Shown piece by piece: positions 12,101 through 27,100 of a stretch of 64,000 nucleotides of DNA. Source of the stretch: Carcharhinus amblyrhynchos (lineage: Eukaryota); contig OZ336878.1 of assembly GCA_965287045.1 (NCBI GenBank), positions 104,222,001 through 104,286,000 of the forward strand, given 5' to 3'. Position 1 is the first letter of the stretch, and the number at the start of each line of letters is the position of its first letter. Both the position numbers and the translations under genes were made by a program. Under the pieces are notes generated by a model. It did not search any database. It was not told where the DNA came from and saw only the letters and a program-made list of their open reading frames with translations.

Positions 12101-15100
12101 GATTTAAATGAATTGAAGATAGCCTTAACCAAGGCATTATACATTGGTCATTATAGCCATGCGTGCCACCATTGTGTAACACTAACCAGGTAACGTAATG
12201 GCAGAACACATATTGAACCGTAGAGCAGTCAAAAACAGTGAATGGATTCTGGTCAATTCAGAGACACTTATTTTCCAATATTTGACGGCAGAAAACATTC
12301 CAAAAATGTTGATTACATGCGTATAAATGAAATACGAGGAATCCATTACTCCTACCCAAATTCTCTATTGTTCTCTTTTGTTCTAAAGAAAGAGATAATT
12401 ATTCAACAGAACTACCGATTGCTTACATTAACAGTGGAAAACTTCTCCTGAACCCATTCTCCAATCGTGCTGAAAACATGTTTACTTCGGAAAGGATACT
12501 CGGAACAGAGTACATCCTACTCTTTACAGAAGCCTCTATATTTCCTTTCTATATTACAGGTTGGTCCTGTAGTGAACTAACTGCTTCAGGTTGAAGAAAA
12601 AGAACACAGGGTTGGTCAAGGTAAAATAACTAAGCTTGTTTAAAATTTCAGAGCACACTGAAGTCACACTTGATTTTAGAAAGAAACATTTTTATATTTG
12701 TCTATGTCCACAACACATCTCTTTGTGGAAAGGTATGCACATCCTTTCATCAGTAATACAGCCTTTGCCTTGCCATCTTGGTGAGCTATCTCTGTTAATG
12801 GTTCTACTCAGTAAGAAGTCTGACAACACCAGGTTTCAGTCCAACCAATTTATTTGATAGTAAACTCACAAGCTTTTGGGGTTTGCCCTTCGTCGGGTGA
12901 ATGGAGAGTTCTGGCCTACTCTCCATTCACCTGAGGAAGAGCAAACCCCGAAAGCTTGTGAGTTTACTATCAAACAAACTGGTTGGACTGAAACCTGGTG
13001 TTGTCAGACTTCTTACTGTGTTTACCCCAGTCCAACGCAGGCATCTCCACATAATGGTTCTACTGCCACATATTAGTGGAGCCATAATACATGTAACCGT
13101 GGATTGGTCACGATTTTCTTTTAATGTTGCAGTAAGTGTGACTGTTTAATTATGTGACTGCCTGAAAAACTAGATCAGCTGATTCTTCCAATGTTTGCTG
13201 TCAATTTATACCTAACATTGTGGTTTCTGAAGCTCGTTCCACAAGCAATGGTTTCTCTGAATTACTGTTGTGATCCGCTCAAAATTAATTCTTCAAAGAC
13301 TTCTAAAATAGTTTTCTTATTTCTTTGCAAACAATATTTTTATCCCCCGTGTCATCATTGTTTTGGAAATGCAACATGCTGGGTTTAATATAATTCTGAA
13401 AGTCGACTTCAAAATATTTAGCAACATATCGTAGAGCAGTTGCTTTATAATCGGGTCCTCAACATCGTTTGCTTTGACTCACGAGTTACGTTTCCCTGGA
13501 ATTTGTATGAAGATTAGTTAGAGGGATAGTCAATACTGACTATGACTGCTACAACAATAGAAGGATGACAAAAAATTGCAAAGAGTTGGACAATTTAGTT
13601 ATATAGATATATCGAGAATAGTGCGTTTTTGTAATGAGAATAGACAGGTCAGTTTTCATTGTCAATGCATAAGTCTACACTTGTTAATGGAATCAAAGGA
13701 TTTTGGTGCACAAATATCACAATCATTAACATGACATTGTTAGAAAGGTTATTAAGGAAGCAGTCAGGCACATGGACCTATTTCCAGGGGACCAATTTGA
13801 ACATGAGGGAGGTTATGATCAATCAGCATCGGATTTGGGTTAGATGGTACTTTGAGTATGCGTTCTTCCTGACCGATTTTTGAACAAGGCTGTACGAGAA
13901 TAGAAAAGGTGCAGCGAAGTTTGTGACGATGATACTGAGAATGAGTGGGGTGCATGTTGAAGCAGGATGGGTGACACGATGGTACGGTGTTTAACGCCGC
14001 TGCCTCATAGATCCAGGGACCTGGTTTCTATTTCCAGCTTGGGAACTCTGTGCAGAGTTTTCGCGTTCTCCATGTCTTCATGGGTTTCCTCTAGGTGCGC
14101 TGTTTTCCGCCCAAAGTTTAATGATGTGCGGGTTTGGTGCATTGACCATGCTAAATTGCCAATTAGTGTCCTGGTATGTGTAGGTTAGAGGAATTAGTGG
14201 GTGAAATACGTGAGGCTACAGGGATAGGGGCTAGGTAGGATTATTGTCGATGCATACTCGATGGGCCGAATGACCTCCTTCTGCACTGTAGGGTTTCTAT
14301 GAAAAAACATTTCTCCTTTTCTTAAGAGAGGATGAAAAATGTAAAAATATTCCTATCTAAAATTATGAATATTACTGACGGATTGAACACTGGCAGGTTC
14401 GTTCCTTTTGCAGGGAGTATCATAACTACAGCATATCAATAAAATGTGGCGGCCTTTAAATCACCAACGTAATTGTCACTTGCTGACTCAAGATTGGATG
14501 TTGTCCAGGTCCTGTCACATTTGTACATGGACCATTTCAGTATTTGAGAAGTTGTCCATAAGCAACTTAATTACACAAAGGGAAGCGGGAAAGTGGATCT
14601 CGTTCGAAAATCCACGATTGAAGTGAATATCTTTCAAGAAGAAACCTGGCATACATATGGGCACACACATATCTAGACTTCCAAAGGTATATTTAGATAA
14701 CAACAAAAAGTAATTTGTATGAAACTTAACGATAAAACTTTGCCTGTCCACGTTCCATGAATCAGTGAAAAAGCACATTATTAGTTCTGCCCTCAAGGCT
14801 AATATTACAAAACGATTCTGCTAAGTATTCCTTTTGCACCAGGGAATCTCGAAAATGTGGAGTGCACTGTGGCCACAAAAAATGTTCTATATGGCTTTCC
14901 TACATTATCGTTTTCCCGAACGTTAGTAACAAATGGGCTTTCAGAATACCTCTGAATGCAATTAGCTTGACTTATTTTTAATGGAGTTATGATCATAGAA
15001 TCACAACAGAGCAGAAGAGGTCATTCGGCCAGTCGAGGCTGGGCCGACAATTTGGAGTGGGTCACACAGGCCCGGTCCCCCGCCCAATCATTATAGCATG

Positions 15101-18100
15101 ATACATTTCCCATGGCTAATCCACCTAAGCTACACATCCTGATGCAATATGGGGCTGTTTGGCACGGCCAACCCACCGAACCTGCACTTCATTGGACTAC
15201 AGGAAGGAACTGGAGCGCCTAGAGGAAACCCAGATAGGCATAGGAGAATGTCCACACAACCAACCAATGCTGGAATTGAGCCCTGTGCAGCTGTTAGGCA
15301 GCAATGGTATCCACTGTGCCACCGTGAACGACAGTCGTACAACAGAATATTAGAATTAAGAAGATATATCAGACGATGTTATGTTGCAAATTATTGACTG
15401 TCGTAAAATGAACCCTTCTAATGTTGCTGAAAACGACCATCATAAATTCAGTTGCAGTGTGTTTTAAAGCAACTATTTGATTCATACGTACTGGCTGATT
15501 CTTCTTAAATTGTTTGCGGACAACAGAATTTGCAATTTTAATGCTTTAATTGCATACGAGAGCACGGCTGGCGAGAGCTAAACCTTTGTGTACCTTTCTT
15601 GAAATAATGAATTATCTTGAATCTATTTACTTCTACCAAAATATACCACTGATTTTTTGCACATTGCCATGAAAATTACCTTTATTTTCTTTGAACGTTG
15701 TCACTAATGGAGCAGAATATATTCTCAATTAACGGACAACGTATGCCAACTTCAGGCGGAGTTTACAAATTAGCACAAGCTGGACTGAAGATTCACCCAT
15801 CATTTTATTTTTCTCAATCTTTTATTATCCCAGTAATGACTCTGGTATAAAATTCATATCGATTGCACCATTTCTTCAGTCATGCCTTAATGCACATTAT
15901 TTCACCGTTTTTAACGTTCATTTATTAGTGTCTCACACATAGACTTACTAGTGTCATACGTAGACTTAGCCATGTGAAATTGCTGTGAAAGTCCCCTGGT
16001 CGCCACGCTCCGGCGCTTGTTCGCGGTGCGCTGAGAGGGAATTTAGCACGGCCAATGCACCTAATCAGCAAATCTTTCGGACTGTGTGAGGGAACCCGAG
16101 CACCCGGAGTAACCCCATGCAGACACGGGGAGACCGTACAGGCTCGGCACAGACAAGCTGGAAATCGAATTCATGTCTCTGGTGTTGTGATGCAGCAGTG
16201 CTTACCACTGTGCCACCATGTCGCATTTATTTTACAGTGGCAGTTAGCTGAAGATAAGCACGTTTAAGTTTGTACTTTTGAATTTAATTCTGAGTTTCCA
16301 AAAAAATCCAATTGCATGAACGCATTCCTCTTTTTATCCCTCATATTTGTGGTGATTTGAAGCACACTTTGTGACCAATCACCCCCTGAACACAGATCGC
16401 ATTTGAACAAATTTTTGACATACTTCACCCGACAGCCATTTCACTCACCAAATACCTCGCTCATGAGTGTGCCCAGGACCTCTGAATGAACCGCTGGTTC
16501 TCATGGACCCTCCAGTGTATGATGTTTGTCCTGTTGTTTTGAAATTCCAAATCAAATATGTTGTAGGGAATAGAGGTTTGTTTTACATACTGTACCTGCC
16601 GATTGTAACTAATCGTCCGCTATGGAGATTTACAGAGCATCTGATATTGAATTAAATTGAAAGCAATATAACTGAGCACTGGGCGGTGGGACTATTCACT
16701 TTCACGATGTAGTTAAACTCGTCTCAATGGAGAATGCACTTTTCTTGTGAAAAAACATATTACCAATATCAACAATTATATGTGCTGTAAATCACTTCGA
16801 TACTTAACCGAGTTGCAGGCGAAGTACATCAGCACCTGAAATAGAACAGATTAATTGACATAAAATCATCATTGTCTCAGATGACCTTTGTCAGTAACTG
16901 GTGTTGATTTAACCGGAGAGTTACCACACCTCAGGCGAGGGACAAGCATGAAAAGACGGGCCGTCATGAATAATTGCAACCAGTATGAGAATGTGAATCC
17001 GAGCTGCTGGCGCCGCCCTGCAAAACTAACCAGTTCTCTCGTCGAGAACCAGACTGAGCAGACCTAAACCGAGCAGAGTAGGACGCAAAGCGACTGAAAT
17101 AATGTGACAATTTTTCGCTGAAACATTACCAGAAGTGTTTTTGCTTCAATCATGTTAGCTTAAATATTCGCATACAATACTTCAGTTTTACCATATGGGA
17201 TGTTTCTCATTGTTGCATGAAAAACAATGCAAATTAATTAACTTCAACAGCAACTAGTTGGATAAAAAGGGTAAATAAACGGTGATAAGTGACTTGCTTC
17301 CTGATAGATGTAACTTTCTTACCATACGAAGATTGCTTCACTGAAAACCAAAAAGGAGAAAATTCGATCAATAAAGTCGTGCCCTAACAAAATTCAGCAC
17401 CAAGGGCTACCTTTCAAAATACTTCCTGCAAGTCGATGAAAGTATCGCAATTCGCCGTCCCACAATGAAACATTAGTACAAGCTTTGAAAAAAATTTGTT
17501 ACGAGCGGTAGAAGTTATTTTTCCCCTTGCAGCAACCCTTTTGTTTTGACGAACGTAGACTGATTCCGAGTGCAAATCAAGTTCCCAGCAAGATGCTTGC
17601 ATAACAGCTGTACCAATCGAATTTTCATGATTTGCATTCCGAAGGCACCGAATTCATGTTACTCGAAATAATGTTTCACCCCAATTATCGCAATCGTCCC
17701 TTCTGAGGACTATTTTGAGGATTCGTATCACACTAATTTGGGAAACACTGTGAGATCCCCTCATTTCTAAGCATTTAACATCAAACGTTTATCCTGAAGA
17801 GTAAGGAACGATCGACCAAGCATATTAATGTTGAAGACCTGCCTTACGTTGTTTCTCCGATTCTAATTTTTTGATCAGATTATATTTACTAAGCATAATT
17901 TGCACTTTAAATGTACGATTATTATGAGTATTTTAAACTGTAACCACGTTAGGTATTTGATGAATGTTATGTAGTTGAGCGCCGAATTACTGGGGTGGTC
18001 TTCGGAGCGTGTGATAGACCAAAGACCGTTCTCACAGGATTCCCCTCATTCGTCTGACAATCCTTTCATATATATATATATATGAAACAATGTCGAATTC

Positions 18101-21100
18101 CCCTACGCTGTGAGTCGCTTTGTTCCTCATTCAAACAATTGGTAAATAAAGAATTAAAAGTTATTACAGAATTTCCGTTCCTCATTTCATGTTCTGATGA
18201 AGGTTCAGCTGGATTCGAACATTAGCTCTATTCGTTCTCCACAGCTGTTGTCGTACCTGATGCCAGAATCCGCAGTATTTTTCTTCGACCTTTGGAATTT
18301 TCATTACCTTGCTTGTTGCAGAACTGATTTTTTACGGAAGAGGCCTCCTGACGCATCTTTTCGTCTTGGAATCACCAGAATAGTTGCCGGATCGCCAAAT
18401 TTCGATGGCACAATAATTCTGAATGAAAAATTATGTTTGATAATTGTCAAGTTGGCACTGCTTGATCAAAGAGTTACCTGGGGGAAAGCATCAGGGAGAT
18501 GAGTGCCTATTAATGCGTCTGGATCAAAATGGGCTCAAGTCCTGCTGAGATCAGTTCCCTGCATAGGATGACATTTAGTTTCTAGCATTTATAAATGTGC
18601 CCCAGAACAAGCTCAATTGTGTATCGTGAATTGAACATTAGTGCAATTTTTAGCACAGTCGTGATCGTTGACTAAGCAGTGCCAAAACGGCGATTCATAG
18701 TCAATATATGGTTTGATTTTGCAAGTGCTGCCTTGTTGATTATGGTCAGTTTTCAGCCTATTGCGAACAACCAAAGGGAGATGCTGTTTGAGATTATCGA
18801 TCTGTGGTTGGGCCAAGTGAGCCAACTGCCTGGCATCGCGCCAGCACTGAGGTTCACATACCACATTATTACATTTTCATACACCAATCTATTTGAAAAT
18901 GTATTTTATGTCTCAATAGCACATTTGCAATTGTTTTCCATCATCTCATCCTGGCGTTTAACTTAAATGTGCTTCGCTTAGAAAGGAAAGGTAGTTAACG
19001 CCGTGGCATAGTTCAAGAGTTTGCCTAGTAAACAGAAGATTCTTAGTTCAAATCTCAGCGGTGCCTCGGTAAATTTGGCCAATGTATGAACTTTACGTCA
19101 AGACCACCTAAAAAGAGTTGGCAACAAAGTAATCTTAAAACAGCATGTGGCACAGTTGTTAGCGCTGCTGCTACATCTGAGCGCCACGGACCCGTGTTTG
19201 ATTCCCGACTTAGGTCATTATCTGTGTGGAGTCTGCACGTTCTCCCCATGTCTTCGTGGTTTTCCTTTGGGTGCTGCTGTTTCCTCCCAAAATTCGACAG
19301 TTGAGCTGGTTAGGTGGAATGGCCATGCAAAATTCTCCCTCAGCACCCGAACAGGCGCCGATGTGAGGCGACTAGGGGATTTTAACAGTAACTTCATTGG
19401 AATGTTAATGGAAGCCTACATGTGACATCACTGAATAAACTGAATAATGTTTTATTTTTAGACTCCACCAAAACCCTTCAGTGCGTATACGTTTATATTC
19501 ACCCCTTGAACATCCCTGCATAATGAAGAACTGATAATTATTTAGGTATTTCTACTTAACTGAACTCCAATATTCTGGACAATTCATAGGAAGCTTTTCT
19601 CTACCACGTTTGAGGCATTAAGAATCTTCTTAAACAAAGGTGCCGAGAATACAGGACGACTTTCGTTGTTGCCTGGCCCAAGGATGTGAGGATGACATTT
19701 ACTCGTGGTCGTCAGTTTCTGCCACTGACTTTCCTGGATTTGCAAATGCTTGGGGATATGGCACTTTGCGATAGTGGGATCCGGAATGCAACACTTCCGT
19801 CCGTGTATGGCATTCCCTGCTATTGCTGTCTAATCCGTTCAGACATTTAGACTAAATTTATGATCCATCATGACTTACAAGTTGTCACCTTCTTGAACAA
19901 TTGGCATCAGCCTCCTCCCCAGCATTGATGTGAATACTGCTGTGATTCAAGTGGAGCCTCACGGTGATTTTGAAATATTTTCTTTCCTTTCCTTGGACTG
20001 CACGGAACTGACGACAAGTACACGTTTTCGCAATGCCGAGAAATTGTCTAGTCGATCGCAATTAATGTTGCCGTCGTCTTGTCTGAATGTTTGTGGAGCT
20101 GGTTTCAGGATTGATAGAATCAGCAGCATTTATTCAACACTCCTCTGATTGGATCTAGATAGGATGTCGAGGTGCTGGCGTTAGATTGGGGTAAACACAA
20201 TAAGAAGTCTCACAACACCAGGTTTAAGTCCAACCAGTTTATTTGATAGTAATCCCACAAGCTTTCGGAAACGGTGTTCCTTCGTCACGTGTGTGGAAGG
20301 TGTGTGGAACCTTCCACACACGTGACGAAGGAACACCGTTTCCGAAAGCTTGTGGGATTACTACCAAATAAACTGGTTGGACTTAAACCTGGTGCTGTGA
20401 GACTTCTTACTGGATCTAGATGTGGCAGTAGCGTTGCTGTTGCAATTTCTGGGGAATCTTGTGTACATCTCAAACGCATCGAACAGGTCTCCCTGCAGTA
20501 CAGTAGTAGTGGTGACGAAAAGTGTTTTTTACACTATGGTTTTCTGTTCCCTGGAGATCTTCGATGTCACATACTTGCTCCAATGTAGAACCTCCCAGTC
20601 TGATCGGTCCAAATACCAGATCAATATTATTTACCAAATCACAAGAATAACAATCTTGGTCTCTAGGTTATCCCCCAATTCATGTTTAAGCGCTCTGCAA
20701 TTTGATTTTTTCAATCATTAAGCTTTTACTTCATCGCTTTTCTTTCTTGCAAATGTTCCTCTTTTTCATAGAATTCAATATTTTTCCAGTTCTTTCGAAT
20801 TCATAGCATCTTTCCTTCAACCTGAGTTCCACAGGCATGGTCTTCGCCAAAATATCGCACTTCTCCAAAAGATCCTTATCTCTCCTGACGATAGTCTTGA
20901 TAACGGGCATTCACCCGCATTACCCATTAACGAACGTTCAATGCCAATTCTGTGCTTGTATAGTCGAATTTGGACAGTTACGTTGAGCATCAGAAACGCT
21001 GCAGCAAACCTGCGTCTACTATTCCTGTAGCCAGAGCTTTACTTTAGCACGAGGGTAACGTTTGTAGCTTTCCATTTGCCTCAGAAGAATAGTCAATTAT

Positions 21101-24100
21101 AACAAGATTATGTTTCAACCATGATTTTTTTCAGCCACACCATTGAATGTGTTGGACTTGGATTATTTTGTATATTTAGCTTGGTCAACCTTGAAATCTG
21201 GAGGGTCAGTTTCACTGCCAGTTCTGCCCTGTCCTCATCTCGAAAAGAAAAATACAAAATACAAGCTTTGAACTGATGCAATACTTTCATTTTGCGCCAA
21301 CAGCCCCAGAAAAGTTTATATTCAATGAAGAATCTGTTAGGCATACGATAATGCAAAAGTTCATAGAAAGCACGTTGATTGATGACGTTCAATTATGTAT
21401 ACAGGATATTACTCTTTCTTGCAAATATTTAATTATAAAATTACCCAGGCCAGGTCTGCTCTCACTGTGTTTGTACAGGCCGCCCACTTATTAAGCACTA
21501 TAAGTCACGGCCGTGGTTCTTCACAGCAGCTAAACCAATTCCTATTATGCTGTGATCATTTTTCCCTAATATGAGAGCATATACAATTGACCTACCTGAC
21601 GACCTAATCGACGGGAACGACATCAAACAATTTCCCCTTACATGTTGAATATCTGAGCACGTGATCAAGTGAATACTATGTAATACACGTTGAAACTTGT
21701 GAAAACTCTCCACTCATTACAGCACTGCAATAGCTCATTTTGAATATGCTTCACGTGACCTGCTCACAAAGTCCCCAATACCGTGAAAATATTAAAACTC
21801 GAATAAGCTCTCCCTTTCGTCAATTTCCTCCCATACTTACAATTGGCTGAAGAACTTTCCGCTGGTTCTTTAGTAAAATAGTAATTGATTATAATCGATG
21901 AAATATCAACGTTTTCGTTATAGTAAAATATCAATTAATGAGATATATAAATGGCGTGGCATATTTCTCTTTGATTGCGCCGCTATAGATTGCACAATTA
22001 TATGTTTGCACAACGGTTAGTCCGTCTTTATAATAAGTGGATGGAAAGTCAAACAAGAACAAACATGGCAGAGGGGTACAGTGATGCTTAGATGTTGTAT
22101 TCCCCTTTTTTTAAAAATGCGGTGATGCGTTCGCTCCAAGATAGTTATGTGCCTGAATTTGCTCACTCCAGCATTTTAGAGTCGATGCTATTGCGGAATG
22201 CTTAATTCCCGTTCCCTTGGAAGCAATGACCTGGGCCGGCATTCTCTGGCAGATAGGAAGTGCCCATATAATGTTGCCCATCACGATTACTAGAAAGACA
22301 TTTGCTTTAACTTGCACCCACATTCAAATATGCTGACTTTTTTCTTGTTTCGTGGGCGTCTTTTATTATTCATTGACATTTTCTGCCAACAAAGTTAAAA
22401 TTTCCTCGTTAATCTCATGTGACTGTGCGTTTTCTGAAATTCTGCAGGCAATCTGGGCAGTATTATCTAAGTGGATTCTTCCGGCTCACAGTGCATTTTA
22501 ATTGTATTCGAGTAGAGAGTTGTTTTTCATGCCTGCAGTGAATATATTCATAAATCAATTGGCTCTTTGAATGACACGGATGGTCAAGAAAGTTGTTTTA
22601 CTCCAAATAGGTCCAATGCTAATAATGCTGGGATACCTGTTTCTGGACAAGATTTGGGAACAAATCTGCCTCCACACTTGGCTAGCGACTCAAGGTATGA
22701 ATTGCAATCGCCTCAAATTTTCTTTTAGTTTGTGTGGCTCACTGGTGTTTAGTTAGGCCAGGGCGGTGTGCCCTCAAAGACATTGCTTCTCCGCTTTCTC
22801 ATAGATCGTTTGCAGTGAATGGCTGAACTCCAATGTGTGAATCTGAAACTGTTGCTTCAATCAAGATCCAGAATATTTTTGGCAAATGGAGTAACTCCAT
22901 CGCTTTATAAATATGCATCTCACACCTGCAATTACTTAATCGGCTCCGGCGTAATTTTATGATGTGATGGAAAGTAATTCAACAAAGTCATTTATTTTTA
23001 CCCCTGCATTCGTATTTTTAATCACTGAGGCGTTCCTTTCCTCATCTTTTCATTAGCACTTTTTCTGGTCTGCCAAAAACCCCTGCGAATATCAGCATTT
23101 TGCACGGTTTCAACATCATTCATTGATTTGGCTGATGAGTCTTATCTTGCTTTGAGCATGCTGCTCATGAATTATCGCCTCCTTTCCTCATTGCTGTTTA
23201 CTGTCACTTCTCATGACCTCATATTGTTTATGTTGTTCAAGGACCTTTGTTTCCAAACACTCGTCCTAGCTATTCCTGGATTCTCCCCGAAAGCCAATGC
23301 CTTTTAAACTTATTGACTTGGACCTTGTAAGAATATACCAAAGTGATTCTCTTTTAATCGTAACTGCATAGGGAATATGGCGGTTTAGTGAGATTTAATA
23401 CTTCATATAAACCAATCTATGAAATGTAGATTCCGAATACTGAAACATTCGTAAGGGACCGAAATGCTGAATCAGTCTAAGTGAAAATAAAAAGCAAGAA
23501 TCGAAACCTCTTCAGGACTTCTGAAGTAGGGCATGATATAAACCAGTAAATAATAACGGTTTGTAAGAAGATGTGACAGTAACTGAGTGATTTTAACAAG
23601 CATATTGATAAGATCAGTCAATTTGGCAAGGATAACCTTAAGGGAAGGTTCACAGAGTTTATGGCGGATTATTTCTTAGGGCAACATGCGATGGAGCCAA
23701 GCAGAAAACTGGCTACTTTAGATTTGGTATTACGTGACGCTGAAGGATTTATAAACAGTGTTGTCGTTAAGTATCCTCTTGGAAGGAGTGAGCACAGCAT
23801 GCTAGAGTTTCACATTTGGATTGCAGGAGTGAAGACAGAATCGGATAATAGGGCTTTAGTGTTTGGGAAAAGATAAACAGGCCTGAGGAAGGAGTTGGCT
23901 CTCATGGATTAGTCACACATATTAAAGCGCTGTGAAGTTCAAGAGCGGTGGAAAATGTTTATGGGAGATACTAACTACCTCCCAATTTAAGTATATTCCT
24001 GACAGGGAAAGGACATGAAAGAAGGGAAAAAATCATCCAGGGCTTAACAAGGAAGTCAAGGATAAAGTAAAGTTCCAAATTCGGGCCTAAAATACTGCAA

Positions 24101-27100
24101 AAGTTAGTGGGACTTTGGACGATTGGGACAATATTCAACATCAGCAAATAATTACTAAAAACGAATCATAAAGATCCAGGATGAACTACGAAAGGAAACT
24201 ACCAGAAGACATAAGCATCAATTCCAGAAGTTTCTATAAGTATATACAAAGAAGAGAATAGTGAAAGTACATGTTACCATTTAGAGGACGATACTGGCGA
24301 GATAATAACTGGAAACCCAGAAATAGTAGAGATACTAAACCAGTACTTTGTCTCTTATTCACTCTGTATTCTGGGGCAGCGGTAATGCCACTGCACTGGT
24401 GATCCAGACAGGTTGCTCAGGGGAACGGGAGTTCAAGACCCGCCAAAGCAGTGGGTGGAGTTTAAATTCAATTAATTACTTTAGGCTAGTACGGTGGCAC
24501 AATTGATTAGCACTGCTACCTCACCAGTCTCTGCTGTGTGGAGTTTGCCCGATTTCTCGTTGTCTGTGTCGGTTTCCTCCGAGAGCTTCAATTTTCTCTC
24601 ACAGTCGAAAGACGTGCATAATAGGTTGATTGACCATGCTAAATCGTCCATTATTTTCAGTGGGATTCAGCACAGTAAATATGTGGGGTTATGGGGATAG
24701 GGTTGGGTAGAATTGTTGTTGATGTAGGGTCGATGGGGCAAGTGGCCTCCTTCTAAACTTGAGTAATACTGTGATGAAACAAGGGAAACAAAAATGGGAA
24801 AGTATAGGCCAGGTGGCTGGACTTCTGTGGTGGGGAAATTGCTACAGTCAAACATTAAAGAGGAGATAACTGAACAGCTAGAAAATCAAAGCTCAATTCA
24901 TCGGTGTCAGCACGGCTTACTGAAGGTTAAGCAGTGCTTGACAAACTTGCATAAGATCTTTGAAGATGGAATAAGAAATGTAGATTACGGGGATCCTGTG
25001 AATGTGGCATAACTAGGCTTTCATAAGTCATTTTACAAGGTGCCACATAAAAAAAACTCATCCGGGAGATTAGATACCATGGAGTTTGAGGTAGGATATA
25101 GGGTTTGATATTGGATTGGCCGGCTGACAGAAAGCCGAGTGTTAGGAAAGGAGGTCGCTCTGGATGGCGAACTGTAACCAATGGGATGCTGCAGGATTGA
25201 GTTCTCTCGCTTGAGCAGTTTGCAAACTATACAAATGAGCTGCAAGTGGGGACAAAGTGTAACTTGGTAAAAGTGAGGAGTGGTACTAAAATAGGTGGGA
25301 CAGAAGGCTGTGATGAGGACGAAAGGAGTTTACAGATGGACATGATAGGCTAGGAGAACGGGCCCGAATCTGGCAGATGAACTGTAATGTTGATAAGTGC
25401 GTGTTTATCCATTTTGGCAGGAAAAAAAATGAAAAGTCAAATTATTATTTAAACGAGAAGCAGATTGAAAGTGTGGCAGGGCCGAGGGATACGTGTGTCC
25501 TTGTGTTTGATTCGCAGAATTTGGATATGCAGTTGCAGCATATAACAAGAAAGGCGAATGGGATCTTGACTTATATTGCAAAAGGGCTGAATATTAAAAG
25601 TAAAGAAGTGCTGTTACAAACTTATAAAGTGTTGCGGAGATAGGATCTGGAGTATTGTGTCCGATTTTGATCTCCTTTATTGAGGACGGATGTGGTGGCA
25701 TTGGAAACAGTTCAAGGAAGCTTCAGCAGATTGATTCCAGGGATGAAAGCGTTATAGTGCGAAAAGTGATTGAATAGGTTGGACTAGTACTCGCTAGAGT
25801 TCAGAAGTTGGGGGTGGGGGTGGGGGGGCTATCAGATTGAGGTATATAAGATGCTAAAGGCGATTGAAAGGCGGATATTCAACAGATGTTTACCCTTGTG
25901 GGATAATTTAGAACAGGAAGCGTAGAGGAAAACACGCCCCTGTCAACATCAAAGGCGACACTACAGTTAAGAAAGCCCACCACCGATTTTACTTTCTCAG
26001 AAAACGAAGGAAATTTGGCATGTCAGCTACGATTCTCACCAACAGATGCACCATCGAAAGTATTCTTTCTGGTTGCATCACAGCTTGGTGTGGATCCTGC
26101 TCTGTCCAAGACACCAGGAAACTAAAGGTCCCTGAATGTAGCCCAATTCATCACGCAAACCAGCCTCGTATCCATTAACTATGTCTACCCTTCCCGCTGC
26201 TTCAGAAAAGCAGTCAACATAATTAAGAACTCCACGCACCGAGGGATATAGTCTTAAAAGTTAATTTGTTAGTCACAAGTAAGGCTGACATTAACATTTC
26301 AATGAAGTTACTGTGAAATTCTCCCAGTTGCTACAATCCGACGCCTGTTCGAGTCAATTCACCTAACCAGCACGTTTTTTGGACTATGGAAGGAAACCGA
26401 CGCAGGCATAGGAGAATATGCAAACTCCACATCGGCAACGACTCAAGCCAGGAATCGAACCTGGGTCCCTGACGTTATGAAGCAGCGGAGCTAACTACTG
26501 TGCTACCATGTCATCCCTTCTGCCTTCTGTGAGGAAAAAGAAAGGTCATGTACCAGCTCACTCGAGCACAACTTCTTCCCCGCTGCTATCAGGTTTTTCA
26601 ATGAGCCCACCTTGCACTAAGTTGATCTTTCTGTACACCCCAGCTGTGACTGTAACACTACATTTTGCACACCTTTCCTTCTCTATGAATGGTATGGTTT
26701 GTCTGTGTATCGTGCAAGAAACAATACTTCTCGCTGTATGCGAATGTATATGACAACAATAAATCGAATCAAATCAAATTAAAATCAAAGTGGTTACAAA
26801 TATAAGGTGAGAGGAGGTAAGTTCAAAACTGAGATGAGAAGACCCTAATTATCTCAGTGAATTGTAAATCTATGGAACTCAGTATCCCAAAGTGCAGTGG
26901 AGGCAGAAGCATCAAGAAAGATTCAGATGACAAAACGGAATAAAGTCAGCAGTAGGAAAGTGGAGTTTCGGGGAGGATTCGAACAGCCTTGATCATGCTA
27001 AATGGTGGAGCAGACTCGAAATGCTGAATTGCCTGCTTCCGCCTCAAAATCAGTTCTTACTATGTTCCTGTAATTCTGGAATATGAAGTAGACAAGGTTC

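Noticed and set aside
12560-12620. Plus-strand exon-like segment
   Set aside because: Stops in all three frames; no partner exons; cannot support a lncRNA from sequence alone
18862-18888. 27-nt minus-strand segment with AG/GT (YEN motif in another frame)
   Set aside because: Stop in phase 1; incompatible with neighbours
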